Below are positions 16,558 through 27,000 of a stretch of DNA of 64,000 nucleotides, piece by piece (positions within the stretch are counted from its first letter, which is position 1; every line of letters starts with the position of its first letter). Made by a program: the position numbers and the translations under genes. The notes beneath the pieces are model-generated. The model saw only the letters and a list, made by a program, of their open reading frames with translations, was not told the origin of the DNA and did not search any database. The DNA is taken from positions 124,001 through 188,000 of the IMG/VR virus record IMGVR_UViG_3300025141_000016; one strand, given 5' to 3'.

Positions 16558-17676
16558 ATGTTGGATCTCAATGCCCTAAAAGAAGCTCTCGCACCGCTCG
16601 CCAAGATCGGTCGGGACGAACTGACTTTTGAATCGGGCGGGATGCAGTTGACCCTGCGCCCACTCCTTCCCATGGAAGAGGTTGCGGTTCAACGCTATGC
16701 GGCCTCCGTCTTGGACAAGATCCAGACGGACGAGGGGTTGAACCCAACCGACCAGATGAGCCGAGCCGCTGCTCTCGACTACTTTGACCGTTTCCGCATC
16801 GAGATCATCGCCTACGCCCTGGTCCAGATTGACGACTTGAACCTCCGCGACGTGGATAAGATCCCCACGGGGGAGACGTTGGAGAATGGCACCCCCATCC
16901 AGATGAGCCGCATGAGGGCGATGAGGGAAGTGGTCTACGACTGGTCCCGCGCCATGCTCACTGTCTGTTTCGCGAAGTACGGTGACCTCGTACAGAAGAT
17001 CGCGACCGAAGCTGACAAGATCGCCAGTTCCTCTATCTCTGACATTGATGCAGAAATCGAGCGCGTTGAGGAACGTCTGCAAATGCTGAAGGAAGACCGG
17101 GAAACCCGAGCCAAGGGTGATCCCACTGTCACCGCAAAGCAGATCACGGATCTGATTCGTGCCGGGGACGAGATGAAGCAGCAGGCTTCCCGATCCGCTT
17201 CATTGGCCCGTGCTCAACATTTAGCCGCCCAAGCAGACGCGCCCGCGCCTCCCACACAAGAGCCCGCGCCTCCACCAGAAACCGCGCCCCGAAAGTCGGT
17301 CATCCCTCCCTCCTCCCCTCCACCCTCTACATCAGGGTGGGCACCACCACAGGCAACAGCAGTCCCCGGTGAAGTCCGTTCATCCTTTGAGGATGGGGAA
17401 GACCCCGAAATAGTGGCCGCCGAGGAAGCCCGAATCATGGCAGCCCGTAAACAAGCCATGAAGGCTCGCCAGGAAGAAGAATCCCGTGACCCCCTCTCCC
17501 GCGCAACTCCAGTAGGCACCGTGGATGGGGTGGAGGCATACCGCCTTCCCTCTGAAGAAGTTTCCCCCCGAGGGAAAACCAAGCCCAAAGGCGGGAGCAA
17601 GGGCAGGGAGTCCAAAACCCAGGTTGACCAAGAATCACAAGGGACAGCGAATCCTCACTACAAGCCACGACAATGA
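16558..17676 (+). CDS. Putative tail assembly chaperone
   Basis: Between tube and tape measure; ATG behind GGAGG; Pro-rich disordered C terminus. Confidence 0.55.
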   Translation: MLDLNALKEALAPLAKIGRDELTFESGGMQLTLRPLLPMEEVAVQRYAASVLDKIQTDEGLNPTDQMSRAAALDYFDRFRIEIIAYALVQIDDLNLRDVDKIPTGETLENGTPIQMSRMRAMREVVYDWSRAMLTVCFAKYGDLVQKIATEADKIASSSISDIDAEIERVEERLQMLKEDRETRAKGDPTVTAKQITDLIRAGDEMKQQASRSASLARAQHLAAQADAPAPPTQEPAPPPETAPRKSVIPPSSPPPSTSGWAPPQATAVPGEVRSSFEDGEDPEIVAAEEARIMAARKQAMKARQEEESRDPLSRATPVGTVDGVEAYRLPSEEVSPRGKTKPKGGSKGRESKTQVDQESQGTANPHYKPRQ

Positions 17677-17685
17677 GGGGGGACC

Positions 17686-18897
17686 ATGGATCGGAAGGCC
17701 ATTCTACGGGAGGCCGCCGAGGAGTCCCTACTTCGTGAGGCAGACAGACGGCGTTTCCTCTACGTTGATGTAGAGACTTTATTGGACCCAGGGTTCCTCT
17801 CCCACACCGTAGAGGTAGAGGAGACTAACTTCACCCTACGGACGATGCTGCCCTCGGACTTGCACAATCTCCTACCGCGCACCCAAAACTCCAGAGGATA
17901 TGACTGGAAGAGATGGTATCTCTGCCACTCCGTCAGGATGATAGGCGGGTACATCATCGAAGACCGGGTAAACGGGCCATACCATCTTTTCCAGACGGTG
18001 AGGGATCTCCGATTGGAGTATGTGGAAATCCTCTTTACATGCGCGATGGGGTTGAGAAAACGCGAGGACAGGGCCTCCAAAATCACCCGAGCCTATTGCC
18101 ACGAGAACTACTCCAGGGGACGTTGGCGGTTGAGGGGAGCCCCCGAGGGTGAGCGCAACTTTATCCAAGACCTATGGGTTGCCCACAATGAGGCCCAAGA
18201 TGAGTTCGATGCAGACCAGCGGAAGTGGGCACACACGCGAGCCATCGCGGGGTCAATGTCCCACAAGGCTGCCAAGGCACTTCGTAAATCCCAAGACGAT
18301 TGGGTCAAAAGGAACGAGGATCTTGGACAGCGCGTCATCGAGGAGGCGGTCAACTGGGTCATCCAGGGGGACAAGAACGAACAGAAGCCGTTGACTGTCA
18401 CCCTTGGCGGGAAGACTTACGATGTTCCCACCGTCCATTCAGCCCAGACGGTCGAGGACTTGCAAGCCGAGATGGACCGGGCGATGCGCGGCGAAAAGGA
18501 CTACCACGATGTGATGGTGGACCAGTACAAGGCGTTCCACCGTGCTCGTCTCGTGGAAGCCAGGAAAGCACGCGAGGAAGCATGGACCAAGGCCACCGAG
18601 GGTGGGGGCGAAGTTGGGGTCACGGGTACGAGCGAGATGGTGGGCTACACCCCGGATCAGTTGGCAGAACTCAACCCAGACCTGCTCAAACACAAGCCCA
18701 CCACACGTCGCGATAGCACCCACCCCAGCCGTGAGGTGTTCGACCGCTACCTCACAAGTGATGAACAGGTGGGATGGATCGGGACTGGGGGGATGCCGGA
18801 ATCAGCCAAGGCTGCCCCTGCCCCCAAGAAACCATCCGATGATGGGGGTTCCCTCCAAGAGCGTGTTGCTCGTCGTAAACCACGCCTGAAATCATAG
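17686..18897 (+). CDS. Putative second tail assembly chaperone / pre-tape-measure protein
   Basis: Synteny; RBS GAGGGGGG. Confidence 0.5.
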   Translation: MDRKAILREAAEESLLREADRRRFLYVDVETLLDPGFLSHTVEVEETNFTLRTMLPSDLHNLLPRTQNSRGYDWKRWYLCHSVRMIGGYIIEDRVNGPYHLFQTVRDLRLEYVEILFTCAMGLRKREDRASKITRAYCHENYSRGRWRLRGAPEGERNFIQDLWVAHNEAQDEFDADQRKWAHTRAIAGSMSHKAAKALRKSQDDWVKRNEDLGQRVIEEAVNWVIQGDKNEQKPLTVTLGGKTYDVPTVHSAQTVEDLQAEMDRAMRGEKDYHDVMVDQYKAFHRARLVEARKAREEAWTKATEGGGEVGVTGTSEMVGYTPDQLAELNPDLLKHKPTTRRDSTHPSREVFDRYLTSDEQVGWIGTGGMPESAKAAPAPKKPSDDGGSLQERVARRKPRLKS

Positions 18898-18907
18898 TCT
18901 CTCTATG
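18893..18907 (+). promoter_or_regulatory. Putative late-promoter motif CATA-N6-CTATG
   Basis: Spacing match 23 nt upstream of the tape measure ATG. Confidence 0.45.
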
Positions 18908-18930
18908 ACCCGTCCCCGGTAGGAGATCAC

Positions 18931-21900
18931 ATGTCAGTTACCACTACCGTCGGCCTGGACTTCATGCTTGGGAGCATCACTGGCCAAGCCCGCTTGGAGA
19001 ACATGATCGAGTCGGCCACGGGGGGTGGTGCGTCCAAGGGACTGACGGGTGCGGTCAAAAGCACCGCAAAGAAGTTGGAATCGGCTTTCGGGGATGCCTA
19101 CATCAACTCTATCCGCTTGGGGGCCAAGGAAGAAGCCAAGCAGTTGCAAGCCTCTTTCAAGGAGCGCGAAAAGAGAATCAAGCGTGCCGCTGGCCTCCAA
19201 CAGAAGATGGAAGAAAAGCTGGAGCGGATCAAAGACCAAGCGGGGCAAGGCAGGCGAGCCCACAATCTACGGGAGCGCATAGCGGCTACGAAAAAAATCA
19301 TTCGGGCTCAACAAGATGGACAAGACAAGCTCATTTCGGACATGGCTGCGGCTCAAAAGGACCAGTTGGCGTTGCTGGATGAGGGGATGAAGCAATCTGC
19401 TAAATCCTTCGGGGACAAGCTGGAAAGTGGAGCAGATAACTTCTCCAGCATTATGAGCCAAGCCCTGTCTGCGGAGAACCTGAACGTCGGGGATCTCGTC
19501 AAGAACATCGGCGGGGCACTCAAAGACGCTGCCCCCAGCATGGTGAAGTTCGGCGCGAAACAAGGCGGAAAGAGCGGCATGATGGGTGGGCTCGGGAAGG
19601 TGATCGGCAAGCTGGGAGCGGCTGCCGGGGTCATCGCGGGAGTCGCTGCCGCTGTGGGAGCAGTCATCGCCCTCTTTATGGCTGCCTATGGGCAGACCAA
19701 AGAGTTCAACAAGGCCATTCTGGAAGGAGCTTCCGCAGTAGACCTGCTCTCGGGCAACGCTCTCTCAAATACGGCAGCGTTCGCAAACGAGTTGGGGGAT
19801 CTCCGCACGGCAGCTATCGACGTAGCCTTGGAGTTCCGGTACTCCGCAGAGCAGGCGCTCGGGCTCGCCAACGAGATGAACAGAGCAGGGCTTACCTACA
19901 AGGAACAAAGGAGCCTGTTTGGGAACTACACGGAATCAATCGAGTTGGCGCTGAAGGCCACCCAATCCTTTGGGGTAGGCGGGGGTGAAGTGGCTGGGAT
20001 GCTGGAAACCATGACCAAGAACATGGGCTTGCAGTTGCAAGGCATCGAGGATGGCTTCAGTAAGATTTTCGCTGGAGCCCAAATGTCAGGTATGGGCGTT
20101 GCATCGTTCTTCACTTCTATCAGTGAGGCCACTTCCGGCATGGCGCTGATGAACTTCCGCCTGGAAGACACCGTTGAACTCCTCTTGGGGATGGAGAAGA
20201 TCCTCGGGGAAGACTTGGCGAAGGAACAGTTGGGGGGCCTGCGCGGGAAGTATGCCGACATGGGCTTCCAAGAGCGGTACAAGACCACCATGCTGGCTGG
20301 AGCCTCGGGGGGGAGAATCATCGGGGCCGCTGCCACGCGCCAGGGGGCCGGGTACATGGACAAGTTGAACGAAGCCCTGGACAACATGAAAGTAGGTGAC
20401 CGGAAGAAGGCACGCGAACAACTCTCACAAGTCCGAAATGCCGACGGCACCATAAACATGGCTGGTTTGGGAGCCCTCAAAGGCCAAGATTTGGGGGTGT
20501 TGCAGAACACGATGGCGGCGTTGGGGCCGGAGTTTGAGCAACTTGCCCGTCAACTCGGAGACATGTCCCAGCTTGCCCGTGGGGTGGACACCACATCCAC
20601 TGGACGGCGAGCAGCAGCCTTGGGGAGCCTTGACGAATCATCCACCCTCGCTTTCAGCATGGTGTCTGCTCTGGGGGACCGCGCTATCGGGGACATGGAA
20701 GGCGTTGACCGGATGGCCTTTGAGGAGCAAACGGGCATTTCCGGCCAGCAGTTTGAACAGTACCAAGAAATCTTCAACCGCTTGGCAGGTCGAATGACAG
20801 CGGGGGAGGAAGGCTTTGAGAAGTTCAAAGGAAAGGAGATCACGACCTCGATGGTTGCCGAGGTCATCGCGGCGGGGGACATGTTGTCTCCCGAGGACAA
20901 GGCGGCCTTGGGGGCAGCCCAAGAGGCGGGCATGTCGGAGATGGAAACTCTCGCCCAGATGCAGTTGAAGGAGACGACCAGCATCCTCCAAACCCTCAAA
21001 AACGAGGTGGTGTCGATACTCAACTCCATCAATGGATGGGTCGAATCGGTATCCTCGTTGTTCGGGGTGGACAGCAAACAGACGCGGAAGCAGGATGCCG
21101 CCGAGATGGCTCAACAGTTTGGCGACAGACAAGCCGCCTTGGACAGAGAACGGGAGGCGGCAGAGGAGAAGGGAGACTTCTCTAAAGCAGCGGAGTTCGA
21201 CTTACGGCAAGAGAAGATCACCGAAGGGTCAGCGTTGGCTCGGGAGGTAAGTCGTTCGGGCGATGTGGAAGGTATGCAGGAACTCCGCACAATGATGTTG
21301 GAGGCGGCTGGGGTCACCCTGGGACCGGATGGGGTCATGTCCGGTCTTGGGATTGTGACGGGACAAAACCCCGTCACCTTCACCGACTTTGAAGGCAACG
21401 CGGTCGATGACCCCTTGACTGTTGGCGGCTGGTCGCAGCAGTACGGCTACGAGGGGGTCTTGACAAGCGGTGTTCCCATCTACGCGGGAACGCGGGAGCG
21501 GTCAACGCACTATCCCAAGATCGATGGGGTGCCGACCGGGATCGGATATGGCGGCAGGATGGTTACTTCGTCGGACTTGGACCCCAGCCAGATTACTAAA
21601 ATCGCAGACTGGCACGAAAACCGACAGGTTTCGACATACTGGGATGACCCTGGCGCTGGTGCCACTGGGAATACCCTTGGTGGGATACCGCTTCTCGACT
21701 TGGACGCGCTCGGGATGGACCTGAGCGGAGGTGAGGCCGATGTAATCACCGCGTGGCTCGACAAAGAACTACCCGAACAGTCTCAATCCCTGGAAGGCAT
21801 TGAGAGTGAGGGCAAGAAGACGGTCACTGGTTTAGCTGGTGTGGAGTCAGCGGTAAACGACCCGGACTGGGCGGGTCAGTTGTTTCTTGCAGAGGCAGGA

Positions 21901-22233
21901 GTCGTTGGAGACGACGAGGTGGCGGCAAGGGCGCGGATGAAGGAGATGGCAGCCGACCCGGCCTACGCTTCTTACATGGGGGCGTACAAAGAATACTTTG
22001 AGGCCCAGTACGGGAAATCCTACGACGACTTCATCTACCGTGGGTCCGGTGGTCCTGGCGGCACCATCCACCCCATCAATGGGCGTGATGTTGTGGGGGC
22101 ACTCCCAGAAAGCTGGAGCGCCATGGGGGGTGGGGGCAACGTGACCATCACCAACCTCACCATCCATGAGTCGGGTGATGCCAACAAGACCTTCGCGATG
22201 GTGAAAGCAGCCATCAAGGCAGCGAAAGTATGA
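18931..22233 (+). CDS. Tape measure protein
   Basis: 1100 aa; Ala/Gly/Leu-rich helical and coiled-coil; hydrophobic Gly/Ala segment; synteny. Confidence 0.8.
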   Translation: MSVTTTVGLDFMLGSITGQARLENMIESATGGGASKGLTGAVKSTAKKLESAFGDAYINSIRLGAKEEAKQLQASFKEREKRIKRAAGLQQKMEEKLERIKDQAGQGRRAHNLRERIAATKKIIRAQQDGQDKLISDMAAAQKDQLALLDEGMKQSAKSFGDKLESGADNFSSIMSQALSAENLNVGDLVKNIGGALKDAAPSMVKFGAKQGGKSGMMGGLGKVIGKLGAAAGVIAGVAAAVGAVIALFMAAYGQTKEFNKAILEGASAVDLLSGNALSNTAAFANELGDLRTAAIDVALEFRYSAEQALGLANEMNRAGLTYKEQRSLFGNYTESIELALKATQSFGVGGGEVAGMLETMTKNMGLQLQGIEDGFSKIFAGAQMSGMGVASFFTSISEATSGMALMNFRLEDTVELLLGMEKILGEDLAKEQLGGLRGKYADMGFQERYKTTMLAGASGGRIIGAAATRQGAGYMDKLNEALDNMKVGDRKKAREQLSQVRNADGTINMAGLGALKGQDLGVLQNTMAALGPEFEQLARQLGDMSQLARGVDTTSTGRRAAALGSLDESSTLAFSMVSALGDRAIGDMEGVDRMAFEEQTGISGQQFEQYQEIFNRLAGRMTAGEEGFEKFKGKEITTSMVAEVIAAGDMLSPEDKAALGAAQEAGMSEMETLAQMQLKETTSILQTLKNEVVSILNSINGWVESVSSLFGVDSKQTRKQDAAEMAQQFGDRQAALDREREAAEEKGDFSKAAEFDLRQEKITEGSALAREVSRSGDVEGMQELRTMMLEAAGVTLGPDGVMSGLGIVTGQNPVTFTDFEGNAVDDPLTVGGWSQQYGYEGVLTSGVPIYAGTRERSTHYPKIDGVPTGIGYGGRMVTSSDLDPSQITKIADWHENRQVSTYWDDPGAGATGNTLGGIPLLDLDALGMDLSGGEADVITAWLDKELPEQSQSLEGIESEGKKTVTGLAGVESAVNDPDWAGQLFLAEAGVVGDDEVAARARMKEMAADPAYASYMGAYKEYFEAQYGKSYDDFIYRGSGGPGGTIHPINGRDVVGALPESWSAMGGGGNVTITNLTIHESGDANKTFAMVKAAIKAAKV

Positions 22234-22248
22234 CCCCAGAGGTGAATC

Positions 22249-22869
22249 ATGGCTGAACAGCCTCCCATCTTTACAGGCGCGTTCCCCTCGGGGGTCGATG
22301 ACGAGTTCTCTGGGCGTGGGGTCAGGCCGGTCGTGTTCGACATTATCGCCCCGGATGGGGTCACTTCCATCCTCCCCGAAGACCTGAAACTGGTCCTCCA
22401 TGTGAACCCCACAAGCATGAAACTCTCCTATCAACGGGTGGTGGAGCGGATGCAGACGAAACGCGGGTTCGTAGAACAGCATTGGGGGGACGGCACCCAG
22501 ACCATTGACTTTGAGGCGGCCACGGGCGGCTTCATGCGGCTGTATGCAGGACTCGCCAACAACACCTCTCCCGACATGACGGAAGGCACGCGACGGGAGA
22601 CACTCGCCTACGATTCCTATCTCGATCTGCTCGCCCTGTTCCACAACAACGGCAGCGTCTACGACATAAACGGGCAGGTTGCCCTCCAAGGGATGATCAA
22701 GGTGTCCTTCGATGGGGGCGTGTACTACGGCTGGTTCACCAACTTCACGGTGACCGAGAGTTCAAGCAAGCCTTTCCAGTTCACCATGTCGGCCAACTTT
22801 GAGGTGAGCAGCGAAGTCCAAGTGTGGAGGACCGCCATCTCCGTCACCACCAACCCTTTCAGCCTATAA
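22249..22869 (+). CDS. Baseplate tube-initiator-like protein (paralog 1)
   Basis: LVLHVNPTSM..GFVEQHWG..IDFEAATGGF..NNGSVYD..YYGWFTNF; follows tape measure. Confidence 0.6.
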   Translation: MAEQPPIFTGAFPSGVDDEFSGRGVRPVVFDIIAPDGVTSILPEDLKLVLHVNPTSMKLSYQRVVERMQTKRGFVEQHWGDGTQTIDFEAATGGFMRLYAGLANNTSPDMTEGTRRETLAYDSYLDLLALFHNNGSVYDINGQVALQGMIKVSFDGGVYYGWFTNFTVTESSSKPFQFTMSANFEVSSEVQVWRTAISVTTNPFSL

Positions 22870-22879
22870 GGAGCCCCCT

Positions 22880-24085
22880 ATGTCTTCTGATACCGAAAGC
22901 AGCGACGAGTCCCAGTACATCGCAAGTCGATATGAAGCGGTCACGTCGGGGCCGGGACTCTCCTCCACTTTTGAGGTGCAGGAAGGGGTGCCTTACGACG
23001 GCACGAACAAACTCGCCCGCCAACTCTCTCCCTTCACCATCCGCATCGTCATCCCCGACCCCATCGCGGACATTGTGGGCACCGATGTAGACGTGAACCT
23101 CCTGGGCCGAGCGGGGCAGGAGTCCAGTGAAAAAACTAACCAAGCGAACGCGATCAGGGATGCGTTGGGCATCCCCCAGGTAACGGGGGCGGCTTCGGGG
23201 GAATCCAATCTCGTTACACTGCTCTCCACCATCTCCGCTGGGCAGCAACTCCAGGGCACCCTGGGAACGGATGCGAGGGCGATGATGGCTGACCTCACGA
23301 CGGTCGCTGACATCAAGTACCAAGTGGAGGTGGCCCTTCAGGTGCCACCACTGACCCTGTTCGTGAACCCCAGCGAAATGTCGATCTCGTACCAGACCGT
23401 CCAGCAGTTCTCGGCCCGGTCACGTCATGGGTTCATCTTTGAGCGGTGGGGTGAGGTGCAGCCGACGATTTCTTTCTCTGGGAGCACGGGAGCGTTCTGC
23501 GCTGGGGTCAACCCCTCCACCGTCACTGGGGTCGTTGCCAACGACGGCACAACGAACACGCCCTCGGGGGTGCAGTTCGCATCGAAGCGAGACTCCGCAG
23601 CCTTCCAGAACTTCGTGGCGCTCTACCAGTTCTACCGGAACAACGGCTACATCTACGACACCGTGAACGGCACCGAGGCCCACCTGATGATTGGGGCGCT
23701 CGCTATCGACTACGACCAGATGACCTACGTCGGCCACATCGACTCATTTGAATACTCCTACACCGAGGAGATGCAGCATCGCATCGAGTGGTCCATGACC
23801 TTCACGGTAGATCGCATGTATGACCATGCCGAGGCACCTGTCGTGGTGCTGCCGGAGTCCTCCCCCACCCCCGCACCAGGGTCACTGTCCACCGAGCAGT
23901 TGAACCGTATCGCGGCGGCCACCCCGAGCCGGACAGACATTGACGGGGCTGGGTGGGGCGCTGGGTTCGCAGGGATCTCGGGGACTACCCAGTTTCAGAG
24001 GGAGACGGATGAGGATGGCCAGCCTGTCTCTACTGCCCCCAACCCCGTCCTCGACTATTTCACCCCCACAGGGCTGCTTGGGTAA
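22880..24085 (+). CDS. Baseplate tube-initiator-like protein (paralog 2)
   Basis: LTLFVNPSEM..GFIFERWG..ISFSGSTGAF..NNGYIYD..YVGHIDSF, collinear with paralog 1. Confidence 0.6.
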   Translation: MSSDTESSDESQYIASRYEAVTSGPGLSSTFEVQEGVPYDGTNKLARQLSPFTIRIVIPDPIADIVGTDVDVNLLGRAGQESSEKTNQANAIRDALGIPQVTGAASGESNLVTLLSTISAGQQLQGTLGTDARAMMADLTTVADIKYQVEVALQVPPLTLFVNPSEMSISYQTVQQFSARSRHGFIFERWGEVQPTISFSGSTGAFCAGVNPSTVTGVVANDGTTNTPSGVQFASKRDSAAFQNFVALYQFYRNNGYIYDTVNGTEAHLMIGALAIDYDQMTYVGHIDSFEYSYTEEMQHRIEWSMTFTVDRMYDHAEAPVVVLPESSPTPAPGSLSTEQLNRIAAATPSRTDIDGAGWGAGFAGISGTTQFQRETDEDGQPVSTAPNPVLDYFTPTGLLG

Positions 24086-24093
24086 GGTGCTGC

Positions 24094-27000
24094 ATGAGTA
24101 TCAAAGACCGGCCATACGTCGGAACATGGCAGATGAACCGCACGGTTGTCCGCTACACCCCCGACGCAAAAGTGCTCATCAATGGGCACGCCGAGTTCGC
24201 GTCCTGTATGACGTGCAACAAGAAGCTGGACTTCAACAAGTACATCACCTCCATCTCCTGTGACCCCACGACGGACCCCATCACCGGGGCAAACTTCTCC
24301 CTGACCGTTCCCGCCGCTGCCTCCGATGTGTTCCGGCATGACGGCAACTATGTACTGGAGCCTGGGCTTGAAGTCGTCATCCTCATGCGGGGCTACTTCC
24401 CCATCACCGGATACGCGGCCAAGGGGCAAGATCCCCCAAAGGGGGGCGGGGCCACCGACGACAGTGTGCCTGTCTACCCCTACTATCAAGTCTTCCGGGG
24501 GGTGGTCACCGAGGTCAGCCACGAGTTCTCTGGGGGCTTCTACACCGCCAGCGTGACCTGCGCGAACATCCTCCACTTCTGGCAGTACCACTACGTCTCC
24601 ACCAACGGGTCTGTGTTCGGAGAAAAGCTGCCGGGTAGCGGGACAGGGATCAACCTGACGGGCCACAAGTTCACTGGGATGAGCCCTTACAGCATCATCT
24701 ACACCCTCATGCGGATCGGGTTTGGTGCAGCCTTCGGCCAGAACTGGACCATCGCCCAGGAGTCCAACCTCGCAGCAGTCGATGAGGGCTCTGGCCAGAG
24801 CCTCTACAAGCACGCAGCCTTGTGGTGGCAGAAGCGGTGGGAGGAGTCCTCCATGCGTCTCCGCATGTACGGCATGGACGGCTCCATCTTCAACGCCTTT
24901 GAGCAGGCATACCTCGGTATGTTCGACAACACCGGAGGCACCTCGGCCCAAGACTTCATCAACTCCTTCAACATCGAACTCCCCGACGAGTACAACCTTG
25001 ACGCGGTGAGCGACTTCAAGGAAGCAGCCCGTAGCGTTGGCTACCGGGGGATGGCCACGCAAGGCGCGGTGATGAACAAGGATGGCACCAAACTCGACGC
25101 GCTGAAGATGCAGGCGTACACCCTGGACCTCGGCTCACTGGGGTCAGTGAATATGTTTGAGGGCGAGTACATGTCCAAGTTGGAGATCGCCAACACTACG
25201 CTGGAGGTCTGTGGCTTTGAGTTCTACCAAGACGTAGACGGAGACATTGTTTTCAAGCCACCCATGTACAACCTCGACACTTCCGGGGACGAGGTGTACT
25301 GCATCAGGGATCGGGATCTCGTTTCCATCTCGGAGTCCGAGTCCGAGCCCGAGGCCACCTATGTCAAGGGGTCAGGAAGCCTCTTCCAGAACTTCAAGGG
25401 AGTCCTGTCGGGTGAGTTCGGGACACGCCAGGGCAAGTTCGTTGACTGGCGGCTCGTAGCGAAGTTCGGTTGGAGAGAGACGACCTTTGAGTCGAACTAC
25501 CTCTCCTCCAGCAAGGCCATGTATATCAGTGGGATCATGCGGATGGATCTGGCAAACGCAGAGATGCGAACAGCCAGCATCACCATCCCTCTCCGGCCAG
25601 AGATGCGACCGGGCTACCCCGTGTGGGTCGAGTGCCTGGATTGCTTCTTCTACGTCAAGGGGATCTCCCACTCCTTCGCAGTGGGGTCAGCGTGCCAGTC
25701 AACACTTACCTGCGTGGCCAAGCGTCCGAAGTTCCTTCCCCCTGGGAACCCTGACCGATCCGAGGGGGACGGCTCCCAGAGGCTCCCCACTCTCGATGAT
25801 GTGAAGCTATCGGCTCCTGGGGAATACCCGCCTATGCCCCTGTACGTTTTTCCAGAAGACATTGAAGGGGCCGAGGGCGGGTCATCCGGGCCACCACGCA
25901 TCCAGGGCTACCCGAACGTCGTTCTGGCCCTTGACCCAGACCGACTCAACATGCGGTCGGTGCCTGGGGGGCTGTCATTCTCATCAGCAGACACGCTGAT
26001 GGATTTTGCCCTCACCATGGGCATCCTGCGCCGTGACCCCGATTCAGTCGAAAGCAGTCCCACCTATCTGTTGAGTGAGGGCAACGACCCCTCCCAGGCC
26101 ATCAAAATCTCCCGAGATGAGATCGTTACCTCTTACGACTCGTACTCGGAAGTCATCTCCAACACCGTTTTCTCGGGCACGAACACACAGGGCACCCTTG
26201 AAGCGGTCAAAGACGAATCCCCGAACTTCGGGGCGCTTCTGGTGGCTGTGCAGCAAAAGAGTGCCAACAACATCGAGGACAGCGCGAACCTCGGCAACTA
26301 CCTTGCTCTCCAAACCGGCCTCAAACAGATGTTCGGTGAGTCCGGTATCACCGGGCAATACCGGTACTTCTCATCCTCTGCCCCTGATGAGTCTGATCAG
26401 TCCCCCTCGGAAGTCATCATAGATGAGGAAGCCTCAACTAAATCCGTGACGCGGATTGGGGAGGCCAAAGACAGCCACAGCGATGGGATCACCGTGCTCC
26501 GTCAGGATGGGGACCGAATCAGGATAGAGTCGGACATGCCGAAGCGCGGGTTCCGCATCTACGGGATCGATGCGGATGACGCGGATGACCAGACAGGCAA
26601 AATCTCCGGCACCAACGCCTACTCCGACGTGACCACAAAGGACATTCGCTTCTTTACCTTCCAGAAGATTCTGGTGCGGAAAGGAGTCAACAACATCACC
26701 CAGGGAGCATCGGAGTTTGCGAGGTTCCCCCTCATCAAAGAGAAGATGGCCGAGGTGTTTGCCTCCCATCTCCGAGTCTATGCCCAGACAGTAGACGCGG
26801 ATGAAGCCGCCACTGTTCGTTTCGGGGAGACGGAGACGGAAGCCGGATATGGGGCTATCAAGGCTTGGATTGACACGTACATCACAGGTTGTGAGATTAG
26901 CACCTCTGGGAGCAGCGAGGACTCCAACGTGCAGGCATTGATCACCTCTCTCGCTACGATAACGGAGCAGGTAAGCACCTTTGGTGGATCCCTCCACCCA

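Noticed and set aside
17572-17578. Lambda G/GT-type -1 frameshift site GGGAAAA in the tail chaperone
   Set aside because: The reading frame is CGA GGG AAA ACC, so the heptamer is not in X XXY YYZ phase; the downstream gene has its own RBS
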